Assembly: GCA_964016885.1 (NCBI GenBank)
Contig: OZ024746.1
Span: 36,766,001-36,830,000, forward strand
Source: Eledone cirrhosa
Taxonomy: Eukaryota
Direction of reading: 5' to 3'
Length of the DNA stretch: 64,000 nucleotides
The first letter of the stretch is position 1. The number at the start of each line of letters is the position of its first letter. The notes beneath the pieces were generated by a model that saw only the letters and a program-made list of their open reading frames with translations, searched no databases and was not told the origin of the DNA. The position numbers and the translations under genes are program-made. Shown here one piece after another: positions 23,171 through 36,800 of the stretch.

Positions 23171-25821
23171 AAAAGCGCAATTAAAGTAGAGTCGATTAGG
23201 TTTAGCAAAGGAATAGTGATAGAGGAAAATAGAGTAGAGGGAGAGCTAGTCAGAAAGCTAGAAGAGGGGTTTAGGACAGGCATCGCAACCGACGTGCTTG
23301 CGGTGAGATTGGCACTCGACCAATTCTTCAACGCAAAACACGAAGGCTGCGTTGTCAGAGCTAGAGCGCGTGTTCTGAAACACGAGGGGACAAAAGCCGT
23401 CCAATGGGCCCGGGTGGCAGAGGCGCGACGTAGCAACAAAGCCACAATTCGGTCTTTGTCTGACCAAAACGGGTGCGTTATGCTCGACCCGAGCGGATGT
23501 GTGAAGCTTTTCAGCAGCACTTTGCTGATCTGTTCGGGAGCGGCGGCGGCCCGGATCGGGTAATGGACTTCAGTGCTTATCTTGACGGACTGCCTCGGCT
23601 CTCGACGACCGCAGCACAGTGTTGCGAAAAACCAATAACAGCCAGTGAAATACGAGAAGCGATGGCTAACTGCACAAGGGGTAAATCGCCAGGTTTAGAT
23701 GGTCTGCACTACGAGCTTTATGTATTTATGCCAGACTTGTTCGGTGACCTCTTGGTAGATGTCTACTGCATCTGGCAGCAGAACGGGAGAAATCCCAGTT
23801 TTGTAACCCGAACAAAGGGGATGATAGCGATAATTTCAGGCCCATAACCCAGCTAAACACAGAGTTCAAGACTTTGGCCAAGGTGTTAGCAACGCGGTTG
23901 GCGCTTGTCGTCAAAGGTCTGGTGGGATTCCTGACAAATCCATACACAACAACCTCCACCCCATGCGATACATCATAGGAGGGTGGTTAAGGAACCTGGC
24001 AAGAGTGGGGCCCTGATCAACTTGGATCAATCCAAAGCATTCGATATGGTCGACCATCGTTACCTAGCGGCAGTCCTGAGGGCGGCTGGCGTTGGGCCCG
24101 TCTTCAGAGGCTGGATCGCTGCCATGCACATCGACATCTGCTCTGTGGTGAGAGTGAACGGTCACCTTTCGGAACTGTACAACATCATGCGCTCGGTCCG
24201 CCAAGGATGTCCCCTCTCGTCCCTCTTGTACGTATTGACCCTCGAGCCATTACTGCACAAACTGGAGACGTTGAGGGCGATCCCGCGCGAACTAGGATGC
24301 GGAAGATCCGTGTCAGCTAATGCAGACGATGTCACCGTTGTGATGTCGAAAGCCAAACACATCGAGGCGATCGGCACTACACTAAGAGAATACGTAGCGG
24401 TGACAGGAGCAATGATCAACCAGGAAAAGTCAGTGGGCCTACAGCTCGGCACCTGGAGAGGCAGGTCCATGCCGTCCAACAGCGTCGTCGGGCGCTGGAC
24501 GGACAGACCGGTTAAATTGATAGGGGTCTGGTTCGGTCCGGACCTCGAGACGGACAAAAACTGGGACGAGGTGACGAAAAGGGTGGCTTCTCTCACCCAG
24601 AAATGGGCCGAGAGGAAGCTATCCCTGAAAGGTCGAGCGGAGGTGGCTAACGCGTACATCGCGTCCGTCATCTACTACCGCCTGACCGTCGTACCTTGTC
24701 CTAAGCCCCGCCTGACTGCGCTGGAGCGTTTGCTCTTTCGCTTTTTGTGGAAGGGACGCGCTCCGATGGTCAGGCGGTCCCTCTTCTGTCAACACCCGCT
24801 ACGTGGAGGGCTGGGCATGTCGTGGGTGATGATGCGCAGACACGAGCTCAGGCTACGACATCTCTACATCTTCCTCGACGGCGATCAGGTGTGGTCGCCG
24901 TTTGCAAGACAGGTCTTTCCCCAGCTCGTCTCCTTCACGGAACCGCAGTCCTGGATCAAGCGAAGTCCGAGCGGGTGCGCTTGGAGACTGGAATGTCTTC
25001 AGGCGCTCACAGCCCTCGACCAATCGGGCAATCTGATCGGTGGAAACTCCACCTTGGCGTTCTATAGAGGATTAGTGGAGGGGAAGAGCGACGACGTACT
25101 TGGGGAAACTCGAGGCGTCGACGAAAATCAGCTAGCCAATCTCTTCGGAAAAACTTTCGGGTCGGGGCCTATTGACAACTTCCAGAAATCCCTGGCCTGC
25201 AATGTTACCGAGGAGCTTTGCCAGTTCGGGATAAACTCTACAGGCATGGAGGTGCCGTCAGCCGGGCATGTCCTGCACGCACTCGTCCAGTGTCCGAAAA
25301 TTGCTGACTTGTGGGTTTATGTCGAACACCTGCTGTCGCATGTAGGACGGATTCGGCTATAATCTGAGTCCATCGTGAGGATTGCCCAGCCTCTTCCTTT
25401 AGCCGGGAAGGGCAGGCAGTTTTTATCTGTCTGGTGGCCATTGCGAAAGAGATAGTATGGTGGACACGTTTGAAAGGGCTGAAGACGAGCCCTGATTGAC
25501 TTTTTCAAATTTCATTTGAAAAGGAAAATCAGAGTAGAGAGGGAAGTGCTCTCTTCCCAGCATTTTGTTGAAAGATGGGTGAGAGAAGCAAGTATGGCCC
25601 GAGTGAATGGGCCTACTCTGAATAGGTGTTTGTAAATGGGCTTTCTCCACGAATGTCCCTCCGAAGTCTCCCCCCTATTGGGGAATGTTTTCATTGTTAT
25701 ATTATTACATCCTGTTTCTTGATTTTTTTACACGCAGAAATGCCCTTTTGTACCGTCCTGTTTTGTCCTGTACTATCCTTAATGTTTACTTTGTGTAAAT
25801 CCTTGTGGTTAATAAAGAAAG

Positions 25822-25879
<58 letters not shown>
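23169..25879 (+). mobile_element. Tx1 copy B1: 3' part of ORF2 plus 3' UTR, degenerate, (TTA)n tail
   Basis: RT motifs (LDQSKAFD, RQGCPLS, NADD); AATAAA 25811-25816; (TTA)n 25823-25879. Confidence 0.92.
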
Positions 25880-26087
25880 GGCGACCTACGTAGTAAATCG
25901 TATCATCGTGAGCTCCGCAAAAGTTTGTTATTTCCGTTTGTTAAAAATTGCCATTTATGGAAAATTTTATTGTTAACTGTTTATAAGCACACATACATTG
26001 TTTTCCGAAAAGGACACCCAAAAAGATTGGGGCCTTGTGCCCAAAATTTTAACTTTTATTATTAACCAAAAATTTCTTTGAGAAAAA

Positions 26088-28080
26088 ATGGCTAATTCCC
26101 CTCTGCACGAAGCAGCTGAAAGCCTTCCTCAAAAAATAACACCTCACACCGACACCACCATTGTAAATGTTACTACGTTTGCCAACACAAAAAAATATAA
26201 GCAGTAGCAATATTTTAAATTTGTCTCAGTCAGACATTCATTTCCCGCCATTACCAATGACTGCAGGTGTTAAAGCCTCCACCACCACCACCACCACCGC
26301 GACAACCACCACCCCCACTACCACCGCGACAACAGAAACAAAAGAAGAAAAAAATAAATTAACTCGTGATGTCGAAATGAAATCAAGCAAAATGGACTCT
26401 TCCGCACCAAAGACGACTGACGTCACCACCACCACAACTGAAAATAAAATTAATATTAACAAAAATCACGATAGCAACAAAAACAACAATGACATTATAA
26501 AACCGACCCTCAGTTTCGCCATCGTAGCAAAACAATTCGAAGCATTCACGGAAACTCAAGAGGATTTAGAAAATGCCAAACAAATGGTAAAGAAAGATGG
26601 GTACAGGGTCAGCCTCCCCCCCCACCTAATAAAATGGAGCATCGGCGCCTATGCACCGTGTCGTATAGAACAATAAATGTAAAATCGCGCCGAGTGGAAC
26701 GGGCATACGAGTCCAAAATCCCAAAAACTTTGGGACATGTGTGGGCAAGATAAACCAACATCAGACGTGGGCAAAAGTATGGAATCGTGGATGTGTTCTT
26801 TGAAACACCAGAGGAGGCTAGAGAACACTCCATGGACCCATTAAAAGTGACGACTTCACACAGGTCCCAAGCTATTGTGGCCAGATAGTCGTAAAGATCA
26901 GGGTGACCCACGTCCCACCGGCCATCGAAATTCCCTGGCTAATAGCGGCTGTCCTCGCCGGCATCGAAGCCAACACGAAAATAATAGCAATAGCAAAAGA
27001 AAAGCAGGAAAACTGGTCCGGATCTGGGATGGAGCTCCTGATCCAAGCGGACCAAAAAAGCATTGAGGAAATTCCAGAGGTAATAGACCTCACTGACGGC
27101 AGCCACCTCACGGTAATTGTCGAGGGCAGAAGACCTAGGTGTGTCGTTTGTGGTGAAGGAACCCACCTAAGGGCTTTCTGCCCTCAGGCTAAAAGGTTGA
27201 GGCCACCTCTCCTACCCACCCCAGTGACACAACCATCAACACCACCAGTAGCAGAGATGGCAGCAACAACTGTAGCAGCAACAACAGAAGCAACTATAAC
27301 AGCAACAACCCCAGCAACAGTAGCAAAACCAACACCACTACCACCACCAGCAAAACCAACACCACCACCACCCAACGCTTCAGAACTAGCACCAGCGCCT
27401 ACACCATCCACCACACCACAACCAAAACTAACGGATGTGGAGGATTTTCCACTCCCCGGCCTATCACAACTGGAGACAGATTGTGACGACGAGGAGTGGG
27501 AAACGATATCCGGAAAAAAAAAAGAAACCAAAATAGAAAAAATTCTCTTCCTTCCCCCTCCAAAAACAAAATACAGAGGGAAACAAATAAACTAAGAAAC
27601 AAAAAAGTTAGGACAGATATGCCACCATCCACACCAGCATCACCAACCCCATCAACCCAAACACCAACACCATCACCATCATTAACTCCAACACCACCAT
27701 CACCTACACCACAAAAGTCACCAAAATGCGAAACAGAAACAAACCCACAACAAACGCAAACAAAACAAAACAACCAAAACGATACACACTACACAGCATT
27801 AAATTTGAACAACAAGCAATTATTACACTACATCCAACACAACACCAGCATCACAGAAAAAGACTACACAACAACCCCAAAATTCACACCACCTCCACAC
27901 ATACAAATCACTCGCATCACACAGAAAACGTACATGACACTAAAACAAAAATTCCCCAAAGACATCGGAGACTTCCGACAAGCACTCTCCAGGAGGATTT
28001 ATAAGGACATCCTTCCTGAGGAGGCCACAATCAGTGAAAAGGATGGAAAAACCGTCCTTCCCCTACGAGAAGTAAGGTAA
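26088..28080 (+). pseudogene. Tx1-B2 ORF1 (CCHC knuckle CVVCGEGTHLRAFC), frameshifted
   Basis: MANSPLHEAA start; frameshifts mostly in A and C homopolymer runs. Confidence 0.88.
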
Positions 28081-28114
28081 GTGGTCTTTCCCATCTTTTC
28101 CACTCCTTTTCAAC

Positions 28115-31100
28115 ATGACCTCACTCAGAATAGGCAGCATAAATGCGCGTGGCTTGGGGTCATTATGGAAGCAGGGCCACCTGCTCAACGACCTCAGGTC
28201 ACTAAACATAGATGTAGTGGCCATCAGCGAGACCAGAATCTCCGAAGCACAGGCTTTCGCACCGATCTTCGGCGGCTACGATGTGTACGCATCTCCCAGC
28301 CGTCCGGGATCGGGGGGAGGAGTTGCTGTGCTTTTTCGGAGAGGTTTGGATCTTGCCATACGGGCCATCTTCCTGAACCCAGAAGGTAAGTTGGTGGTGC
28401 TGGACGTAACCAGCGGAGACGGGCAAGCTTTCAGGTTAGTGGCCGTCCATGCCCCGACAGGAGCAGGGCGGCCTGATTTCTTCCGGCGTCTGGAGACCTT
28501 TCTTGGAACGTCCCGCACTTTAGTGTTAGTGGGCGACTGGAACGGGATCTTAGATGCACGCTGGGATTGTGTGGGATTAGTGGATAGGGAAGGAGGGTGC
28601 AAGAGTCCCACCAACCTGCTCAGACGTTTTAAACTGTCTGACAGGTACCGAATGGATTTCCCGACTGTACCAATGTGGACTTGGACAAATCGCATAGGGT
28701 CATCCAGATCATATCTAGATAGAGTATTTTGTAGGGAAATAGATAGGTCTAGCATAGGCTGTCCACAATTCAAGATAGTCAGCTACACGTACCACAAATT
28801 CGTGATCTGTGTGCTTGACTTAGATAGGCTTCATAGACGAGGACCCGGCTACTGGAAGCTAAACGCGTCCTTACCAGCGCGCAATGCCTACAGAGACCGG
28901 ATTAGCGAACTAGTTAAGCGGGCGTTGACGGGGGCCATCGTCAACAACAAGTGGTGGTTTGCTCTGAAAAGAGCAATTAGAATAGAGTCCATTAGGTTTA
29001 GTAAGACTTTAGCAATAGAGAAAAATATAGCAGAGGGAGAATTAGTTAGAAAATTAGATGAGGCGCTTAGCAAAGGCATCGCGACCGACCTACTTGCGGC
29101 CAAATTGGCCCTTGACCAATTCTTCAATGCAAAGCACGAAGGCTGCGTTGTCAGAGCTAGGGTGCGTGCTCTCAGACACGAGGGGACGAAAGCCGTTCAA
29201 TGGGCCCCAGTGGCGGAGGCGCGTCGTGGCAACAAAGCCACGATCCGGTCTTTGGTGGACCACGACGGGCGCATGCTACTCGATCTCGGGCAAATGTGTG
29301 AAGCTTTTCAGCGACACTTCGCTCAACTGTTCGGGGGCAGTGGCGGGCCGGATTGAGGGATGGACTTTAGTGTCTACTTCGACGGACTGCCGCGGCTTTC
29401 GGCCACTGAGGCGGAGTGTTGCGAAAAGCCGATAACAGCCGCTGAAGTACGGGATGCAATGACTAGTTGCACAAGAGGTAAATCGCCTGGTTTGGATGGT
29501 CTGCCCTATGAACTTTACGTACAAATGCCAAACTTGTTCGGAGGCCTCTTGGCGGACGTCTACTGCAACTGGCAACAGAACGGGAGAATTCCCAGCTCTG
29601 TGAGCCGAGGAGCGGTGGCGCTGCTGAGAAAGGATCCGAGCAAGGGGGATAACATAGATAATTTTAGGCCCATAACTCTGCTAAACACAGAGTTCAAGAT
29701 TTTGGCCAAGGTGCTAGCAAAGAGGTTGGCGCTTGTCGTTGGTGGTCTGGTGGGAGAGGCACAGACATGCGCCATTCCCGACAGATCCATCCACGACAAC
29801 CTCCACCTCATGCGATACATCGTAGAGAGGGTAGCTAGGGAACCTGGCACGGGTGGGTTTTTGATCAATTTAGATCAGTCGAAAGCCTTCGATAGGGTCG
29901 ACCATCGTTACCTAACGTCAGTCCTGAGGGCGGCTGGCTTTGGGCCCGTCTTCAGAAGCAGGATCGCTGCCATGCACAGCGACATCTGCTCTGTAGTGAG
30001 AGTGAACGGTCACCTTTCGGAACCGTTCAACATCATGCGCTCGGTCCGCCAAGGATGTCCCCTCTCGTCCCTAGTGTACGTATTGACTCTCGAGCCATTA
30101 CTGCACAAACTGGAGACGTTGAGGGGGGTCCCGCGCGAACTAGGATGCGGAAGATCCGTGTCAGCATATGCCGACGATGTCACCGTAGTGGTGTCGAACG
30201 CCAAACACATCGAGGCGATCGGCACTACACTAAGAGAATACGAAGCGGTGACAGGAGCAATGATCAACCAGGAAAAGTCAGTGGGCCTGCAGCTCGGGAC
30301 CTGGAGAGGCAGGTCCATGCCGTCCAACAGCGTCGTCGGGCGCATCCGTCATCTACTACCGCCTGACCGTCGTACCTTGTCCTAAGCCCCGCCTGACTGC
30401 GCTGGAGCGTTTGCTCTTTCGCTTCTTGTGGAAGGGACGCGCTCCGATGGTCAGGCGGTCCATCTGCTGTCAACACCCGCTACGTGGAGGGCTGGGCATG
30501 CCGTGGCTGATGATGCGCAGACACGCGCTCAGGCTACGACATCTCCACCTCTTCCTCGACGGTGATCAGGTGTGGTCGCCGTTTGCAAGACACGTTTTTC
30601 CCCAGCTCGTCTCCTTGACGGAGCTGCAGTCCTGGGTCAAGCGAAGACCGAGAGGGAGCGCTTGGAGACTGGAATGTCTTCAGGCGCTCACAGCCCTCGA
30701 CCAATCGGGCAATGTGATCGGTGGAAACTCCACCTTGGCGTTCTATAGGGGTTTAGTGGAGGGGAAGAGCGACGACGTACTTGGAGAATCTCTAGGCGTC
30801 GACGAAAATCAACTAGCCAATCTCTTCGGAAGGACTTTCGGGCCGGGGCCTATGGACAACTTCCAGAAATCCCTGGCCTGGCAGTGCTACCGAGGAGCTT
30901 TGCCAGTTCGGGATAAACTCTACAGGCATGGAGGTGCCGTCAGCCGGGCATGTCCGAGATGCGCGCAGGGCGACGAAACCGTCCTGCACGCACTCGTCCA
31001 GTGTCCGAGCATTGCTGACTTGTGGGTTTATGTCGAACACCTGCTGTCACGTGTAGGACGGATCCAGCTATCAGCTGAGTCCATCGTGAGGATTGCCCCG

Positions 31101-31367
31101 CCCCCTTCCTTTAGCCTGGAAGGGCAGGCAGTTTTTATCTGTCTGGTGGCCATGGCGAAAGAGATAGTATGGTGGACACGTTTGAAAGGGCTGAAGACGA
31201 GCACTTACCTCTTCGGTGATGCCCTGATTAACTTTTGCAAATTTCATTTGAAAAGGAAAATCAGGGTAGAGAGGGAAGTGCTCTCTTCCCAGCATTTTGT
31301 TGAAAGATGGGTGAGAGAAGCAAGTATGGCCCGAATGAATGGGCCTTCTCTGAGTATGTGTCTGTAA
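28115..31367 (+). pseudogene. Tx1-B2 ORF2, disrupted
   Basis: CGA>TGA stop at 29354-29356; APE TDH>TYH; ~167-bp deletion at ~30343 relative to B3 with cgc microhomology. Confidence 0.92.
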
Positions 31368-31846
31368 ATTAAAGGTGGAAAACTGGGAGAGGGCACTTGC
31401 CCTGGTGGTCAGGGCCACTGTGGTCTTTTAATGGGCTTTCTCCACAAATGTCCCTCGGAAGTCTCCCCCCTATTGGGGAATTTTTCTTTGTTATTTTATT
31501 TCAACCTCCGTTTTTTTTTACACGCAGAAATGCCCATTTGTACCGTCCTGTATTGTCCTGTACTGTCCTTAATGTCTACTTTATGTAAACCCTTGTGGTT
31601 AATAAAGAAAACATTATTATTATTATTATTATTATTGGCGACCTACGTAGGAAATCGTATTATCGTGAGCTCCGCAAAGGTTTGTTATTTCCGTTTGTTT
31701 AAAAATTGCCATTTATGGAAAATTTTATTGTTAACTGTTTATAAGCACACATACATTGTTTTCCGAAAAGGACACCTAAAAAGAGTGGGGCCTTGTGCCC
31801 AAAATTTTAACTTTTATTATTATCCAAAAATTTCTTTGAAAAAAAA

Positions 31847-33799
31847 ATGGCTAATTCCCCTCTGCACGAAGCAGCTGAAAGCCTTCCTCACAAAATAACA
31901 CCTCACACCGACACCACCATTGTAAATGTTACTACGTTTGCCAACACAAAAAAAAATATAAGCAGTAGCAATATTTTAAATTTGTCTCAGGCAGACATTT
32001 ATTTCCCGCCATTACCAATGACTGCAGGTGTTAAACCCTCCACCACCACCACCACCACCGCGACAACCACCACCACCACCACCACCGCGACAACAGAAAC
32101 AAAAGAAGAAAAAAATAAATTAACTCGTGACGTCGAAATGAAATCAAGCAAAATGGACTCTTCCCCACCAAAGACGACTGACGTCACCACCACCACAACT
32201 GAAAATAAAATTAATATTAACGATAGCAACAACAACAACAATGACATTATAAAACCGACCCTCAGTTTCGCCAACGTAGCAAAACAATTCGAAGCGTTCA
32301 CGGTAACTCAAGAAGATTTAGAAAATGCCAAACAAATGGTAAAGAAAGATGGGTACAGGGTCAGCCTCACCCCCCCCCACATAATAAAATGGAGCATCGG
32401 CGCCTGTCCACCGTGTCGTATAGAACAATAAATGTAAAATCGCGCCGAGTGGAATGGGCATCCGAGTCCCAAATCCAAAAAGCTTTGGGACATGTGTGGG
32501 CAAGAAAAACCCACATTAGACGTGGGCAAAAGTATGGAACCGTGGATGTGTTCTTTGAAACACCATGGCCCCATTAAAAAGTGACGACCTCACACTCGTC
32601 CCAAGCTATTGTGGCCAGAGACTCGTAAAGATCAGGGTGACCCACATTCCACCGGCCATCGAAATTCCCTGGCTAATAGCAGCTGTCCTCGCCGGCATCG
32701 AAGCCAACACGAAAATAATAGCAGTAGCAAAAGAAAAGCAGGAAAACTGGTCCGGATCTGGGATGGAGCTCCTGATCCAAGCGGACCAAAAAAGCATTGA
32801 GGAGATCCCAGAGGTAATAGACCTCACTGACGGCAGCCACCTCACGGTAATTGTCGAGGGAAGAAGACCTAGGTGTGTCGTTTGTGGTGAAGGAACCCAC
32901 CTAATGGCTTTCTGCCCTCAGGCTAAAAGGTTGAGGCCACCTCTCCTACCCACCCCAGTGACACAACCATCAACACCACCAGTAGCAGAGATGGCAGCAA
33001 CAACTGTAGCAGCAACAACAGAAGCAACTATAACAGCAACAACCCCAGCAACAGTAGCAAAACCAACACCACTACCACCACCAGCAAAACCAACACCACC
33101 ACCACCCAACGCTTCAGAACTAGCACCAGCGCCTACACCATCCACCACACCACAACCAAAACTAACGGCTGTGGAGGATTTTCCACTCCCCGGCCTATCA
33201 CAACTGGAGACACATTGTGACGACGAGGAGTGGGAAACGATATCCGGAAAAAAAAAGAAACCAAAAAAGAAAAAATTCTCTTCCTTCCCCCTCCAAAAAC
33301 AAAATACAGAGGGAAACAAATAAACTAAGAAACAAAAAAGTTAGGACAGATATGCCACCATCCACACCAGCATCACCAACCCCATCAACCCAAACACCAA
33401 CACCATCACCATCATTAACTCCAACACCACCATCACCTACACCACAAAAGTCACCAAAATGCGAAACAGAAACAAACCCACAACAAACGCAAACAAAACG
33501 ATACACACTACACAGCATTAAATTTGAACAACAAGCAATTATTACACTACATCCAACACAACACCAGCATCACAGAAAAAGACTACACAACAACCCCAAA
33601 ATTCACACCACCTCCACACATACAAATCACTCGCATCACACAGAAAACGTACATGACACTAAAACAAAAATTCCCCAAAGACATCGGAGACTTCCGACAA
33701 GCACTCTCCAGGAGGATTTATAAGGACATCCTTCCTGAGGAGGCCACAAGCAGTGAAAAGGATGGAAAAGCCGTCCTTCCCCTACGAGAAGTAAGGTAA
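31847..33799 (+). pseudogene. Tx1-B3 ORF1, frameshifted
   Basis: MANSPLHEAA...CVVCGEGTHLMAFC...LPLREVR* is split over several frames; small deletions relative to B2. Confidence 0.88.
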
Positions 33800-33833
33800 G
33801 TGGTCTTTCCCATCTTTTCCACTCCTTTTCAAC

Positions 33834-36800
33834 ATGACCTCACTCAGAATAGGCAGCATAAATGCGCGTGGTTTGGGGTCGTCATGGAAGCAGGGCCACC
33901 TGCTCAACGACCTCAGGTCACTAAACATGGATGTAGTGGCCATCAGCGAGACCAGAATCTCCGAAGCACAGGCTTTCGCACCGATCTTCGGCGGCTACCA
34001 TGTGTACGCATCTCCCAGCCGTCCGGGATCGGGGGGAGGAGTTGCTGTGCTTTTTCGGAGAGGTTTGGATCTTGCCATACGGGCCATCTTCCTGGACCCA
34101 GAAGGTAAGTTGGTGGTGCTGGACGTGACCAGCGGAGACGGGCAAGCTTTCAGGTTAGTGGCCGTCTATGCCCCGACAGGAGCAGGGCGGCCTGATTTCT
34201 TCCGGCGTCTGGAGACCTTTCTTGGAACGTCCCGCTCTTTAGTGTTAGTGGGCGACTGGAACGGGATCTTAGATGCACGCTGGGATTGTGTGGGATTAGT
34301 GGATAGAGAAGGAGGGTGCAAGAGTCTCACCAACCTGCTCAGACGTTTTGAACTGTCTGACAGGTACCGAATGGATTTCCCGAATGTACCAATGTGGACT
34401 TGGACAAATCGCATAGGGTCATCCAGATCATATCTAGATAGAGTATTTTGTAGGGAAATAGATAGGTCTAGCATAGGCTGTCCACAATTCAAGATAGTCA
34501 GCTACACGGACCACAAATTCGTGATCTGTGTGCTTGACTTAGATAGGCTTCATAGACGAGGACCCGGCTACTGGAAGCTAAACGCGTCCTTACCAGCGCG
34601 CAAGGCATACAGAGACCGGATTAGCGAACTAGTTAAGCGGGCGTTGACGGGGGCCATCGTCAACAACAAGTGGTGGTTTGCTCTGAAAAGAGCAATTAGA
34701 ATAGAGTCCATTAGGTTTAGTAAGACTTTAGCAATAGAGAAAAATAGAGCAGAGGGAGAATTAGTTAGAAAATTAGATGAGGCGCTTAGCAAAGGCATCG
34801 CGACCGACCTACTTGCGGCCAAATTGGCCCTTGACCAATTCTTTAATGCAAAGCACGAAGGCTGCGTTGTCAGAGCTAGGATGCGTGCTCTCAGACACGA
34901 GGTGACGAAAGCCGTTCAATGGGCCCGAGTGGCGGAGGCGCGTCGTGGCAACAAAGCCACGATCCGGTCTTTGGTGGACCACGACGGGCGCATGCTACTC
35001 GATCCCGGGCAATTGTGTGAAGCTTTTCAGCGACACTTCGCTCAACTGTTCGGGGGCAGTGGCGGGCCGGATCGAGGGATGGACTTTAGTGTCTACCTCG
35101 ACGGACTGCCGCGGCTTTCGGCCACTGAGGCGGAGTGTTGCGAAAAGCCGATAACAACCGCTGAAGTACGGGATGCAATGACTAGTTGCACAAGGGGCAA
35201 ATCGCCTGGTTTGGATGGTCTGCCCTATGAACTTTACGTACAAATGCCAAACTTGTTCGGAGGCCTCTTGGCGGACGTCTACTGCAACTGGCAACAGAAC
35301 GGGAGAATTCCCAGCTCTGTGAGCCGAGGAGCAGTGGCGCTGCTGAGAAAGGATCCGAACAAGGGGGATAACATAGATAATTTTAGGCCCATAACTCTGC
35401 TAAACACAGAGTTCAAGATTTTGGCCAAGGTGCTAGCAAAGAGGTTGGCGCTTGTCGTTGGTAGTCTGGTGGGAGAGGCACAGACATGCGCCATTCCCGA
35501 CAGATCCATCCACGACAACCTCCACCTCATGCGATACATCGTAGAGAGGGTAGCTACGGAACCTGGCACGGGTGGGTCTTTGATCAATTTAGATCAGTCG
35601 AAAGCCTTCGATAGGGTCGACCATCGTTACCTAGCGGCAGTCCTGAGGGCGGCTGGCTTTGGGCCCGTCTTCAGAGGCTGGATCTCTGCCATGCACAGCG
35701 ACATCTGCTCTGTAGTGAGAGTGAACGGTCACCTTTCGGAACCGTTCAACATCATGCGCTCGGTCCGCCAAGGATGTCCCCTCTCGTCCCTATTGTACGT
35801 ATTGACTCTCGAGCCATTACTGCACAAACTGGAGACGTTGTGGGGGGTCCCGCGCGAACTAGGATGCGGAAGATCCGTGTCAGCATATGCCGACGATGTC
35901 ACCGTAGTGGTGTCGAACGCCAAACACATCGAGGCGATCGGCACTACACTAAGAAAATACGAAGCGGTGACAGGAGCAATGATCAACCAGGAAAAGTCAG
36001 TGGGCCTGCAGCTCGGCACCTGGAGAGGCAGGTCCATGCCGTCCAACAACGTCGTCGGGCGCTGGACGGACGGACCGGTTAAATTGCTAGGGGTCTGGTT
36101 CGGTCCAGACCTCCAGACGGACAAAAACTGGGACGAGGTGACGAGCAGGGTGGCTTCTCTCACCCAGAAATGGGCCGAGAGGAAGCTATCCCTGAAAGGT
36201 CGAGCGGAGGTGGCGAATGCGTACATCGCATCCGTCATCTACTACCGCCTGACCGTCGTACCTTGTCCTAAGCCCTTCCTGACTGCGCTGGAGCGTTTGC
36301 TCTTTCGCTTCTTGTGGAAGGGACGCGCTCCGATGGTCAGGCGGTCCATCTGCTGTCAACACCCGCTACGTGGAGGGCTGGGCATGCCGTGGCTGATGAT
36401 GCGCAGACACGCGCTCAGGCTACGACATCTCCACCTCTTCCTCGACGGTGATCAGGTGTGGTCGCCGTTTGCAAGACACGTTTTTCCCCAGCTCGTCTCC
36501 TTGACGGAGCTGCAGTCCTGGGTCAAGCGAAGACCGAGAGGGAGCGCTTGGAGACTGGAATGTCTTCAGGCGCTCACAGCCCTCGACCAATCGGGCAATG
36601 AGATCGGTGGAAGCTCCACCTTGGCGTTCTATAGAGGATTAGTGGAGGGGAAGAGCGACGACGTACTTGGAGAAACTCTAGGCGTCGACGAAAATCAACT
36701 AGCCAATCTCTTCGGAAGGACTTTCGGGCCGGGGCCTATGGACAACTTCCAGAAAGCCCTGGCCTGGCAGTGCTACCGAGGAGCTTTGCCAGTTCGGGAT

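Larger units (their letters stand above)
25880..31636 (+). mobile_element. Tx1 copy B2, full length, defective
   Basis: Starts ggcgacctacgtag directly after (TTA)n; ORF1 and ORF2; AATAAA 31601-31606; (TTA)n tail. Confidence 0.95.

Noticed and set aside
35729-36238. Antisense ORFs conserved between Tx1 copies
   Set aside because: Shadow ORFs of GC-rich ORF2, shared only because the copies are near-identical.
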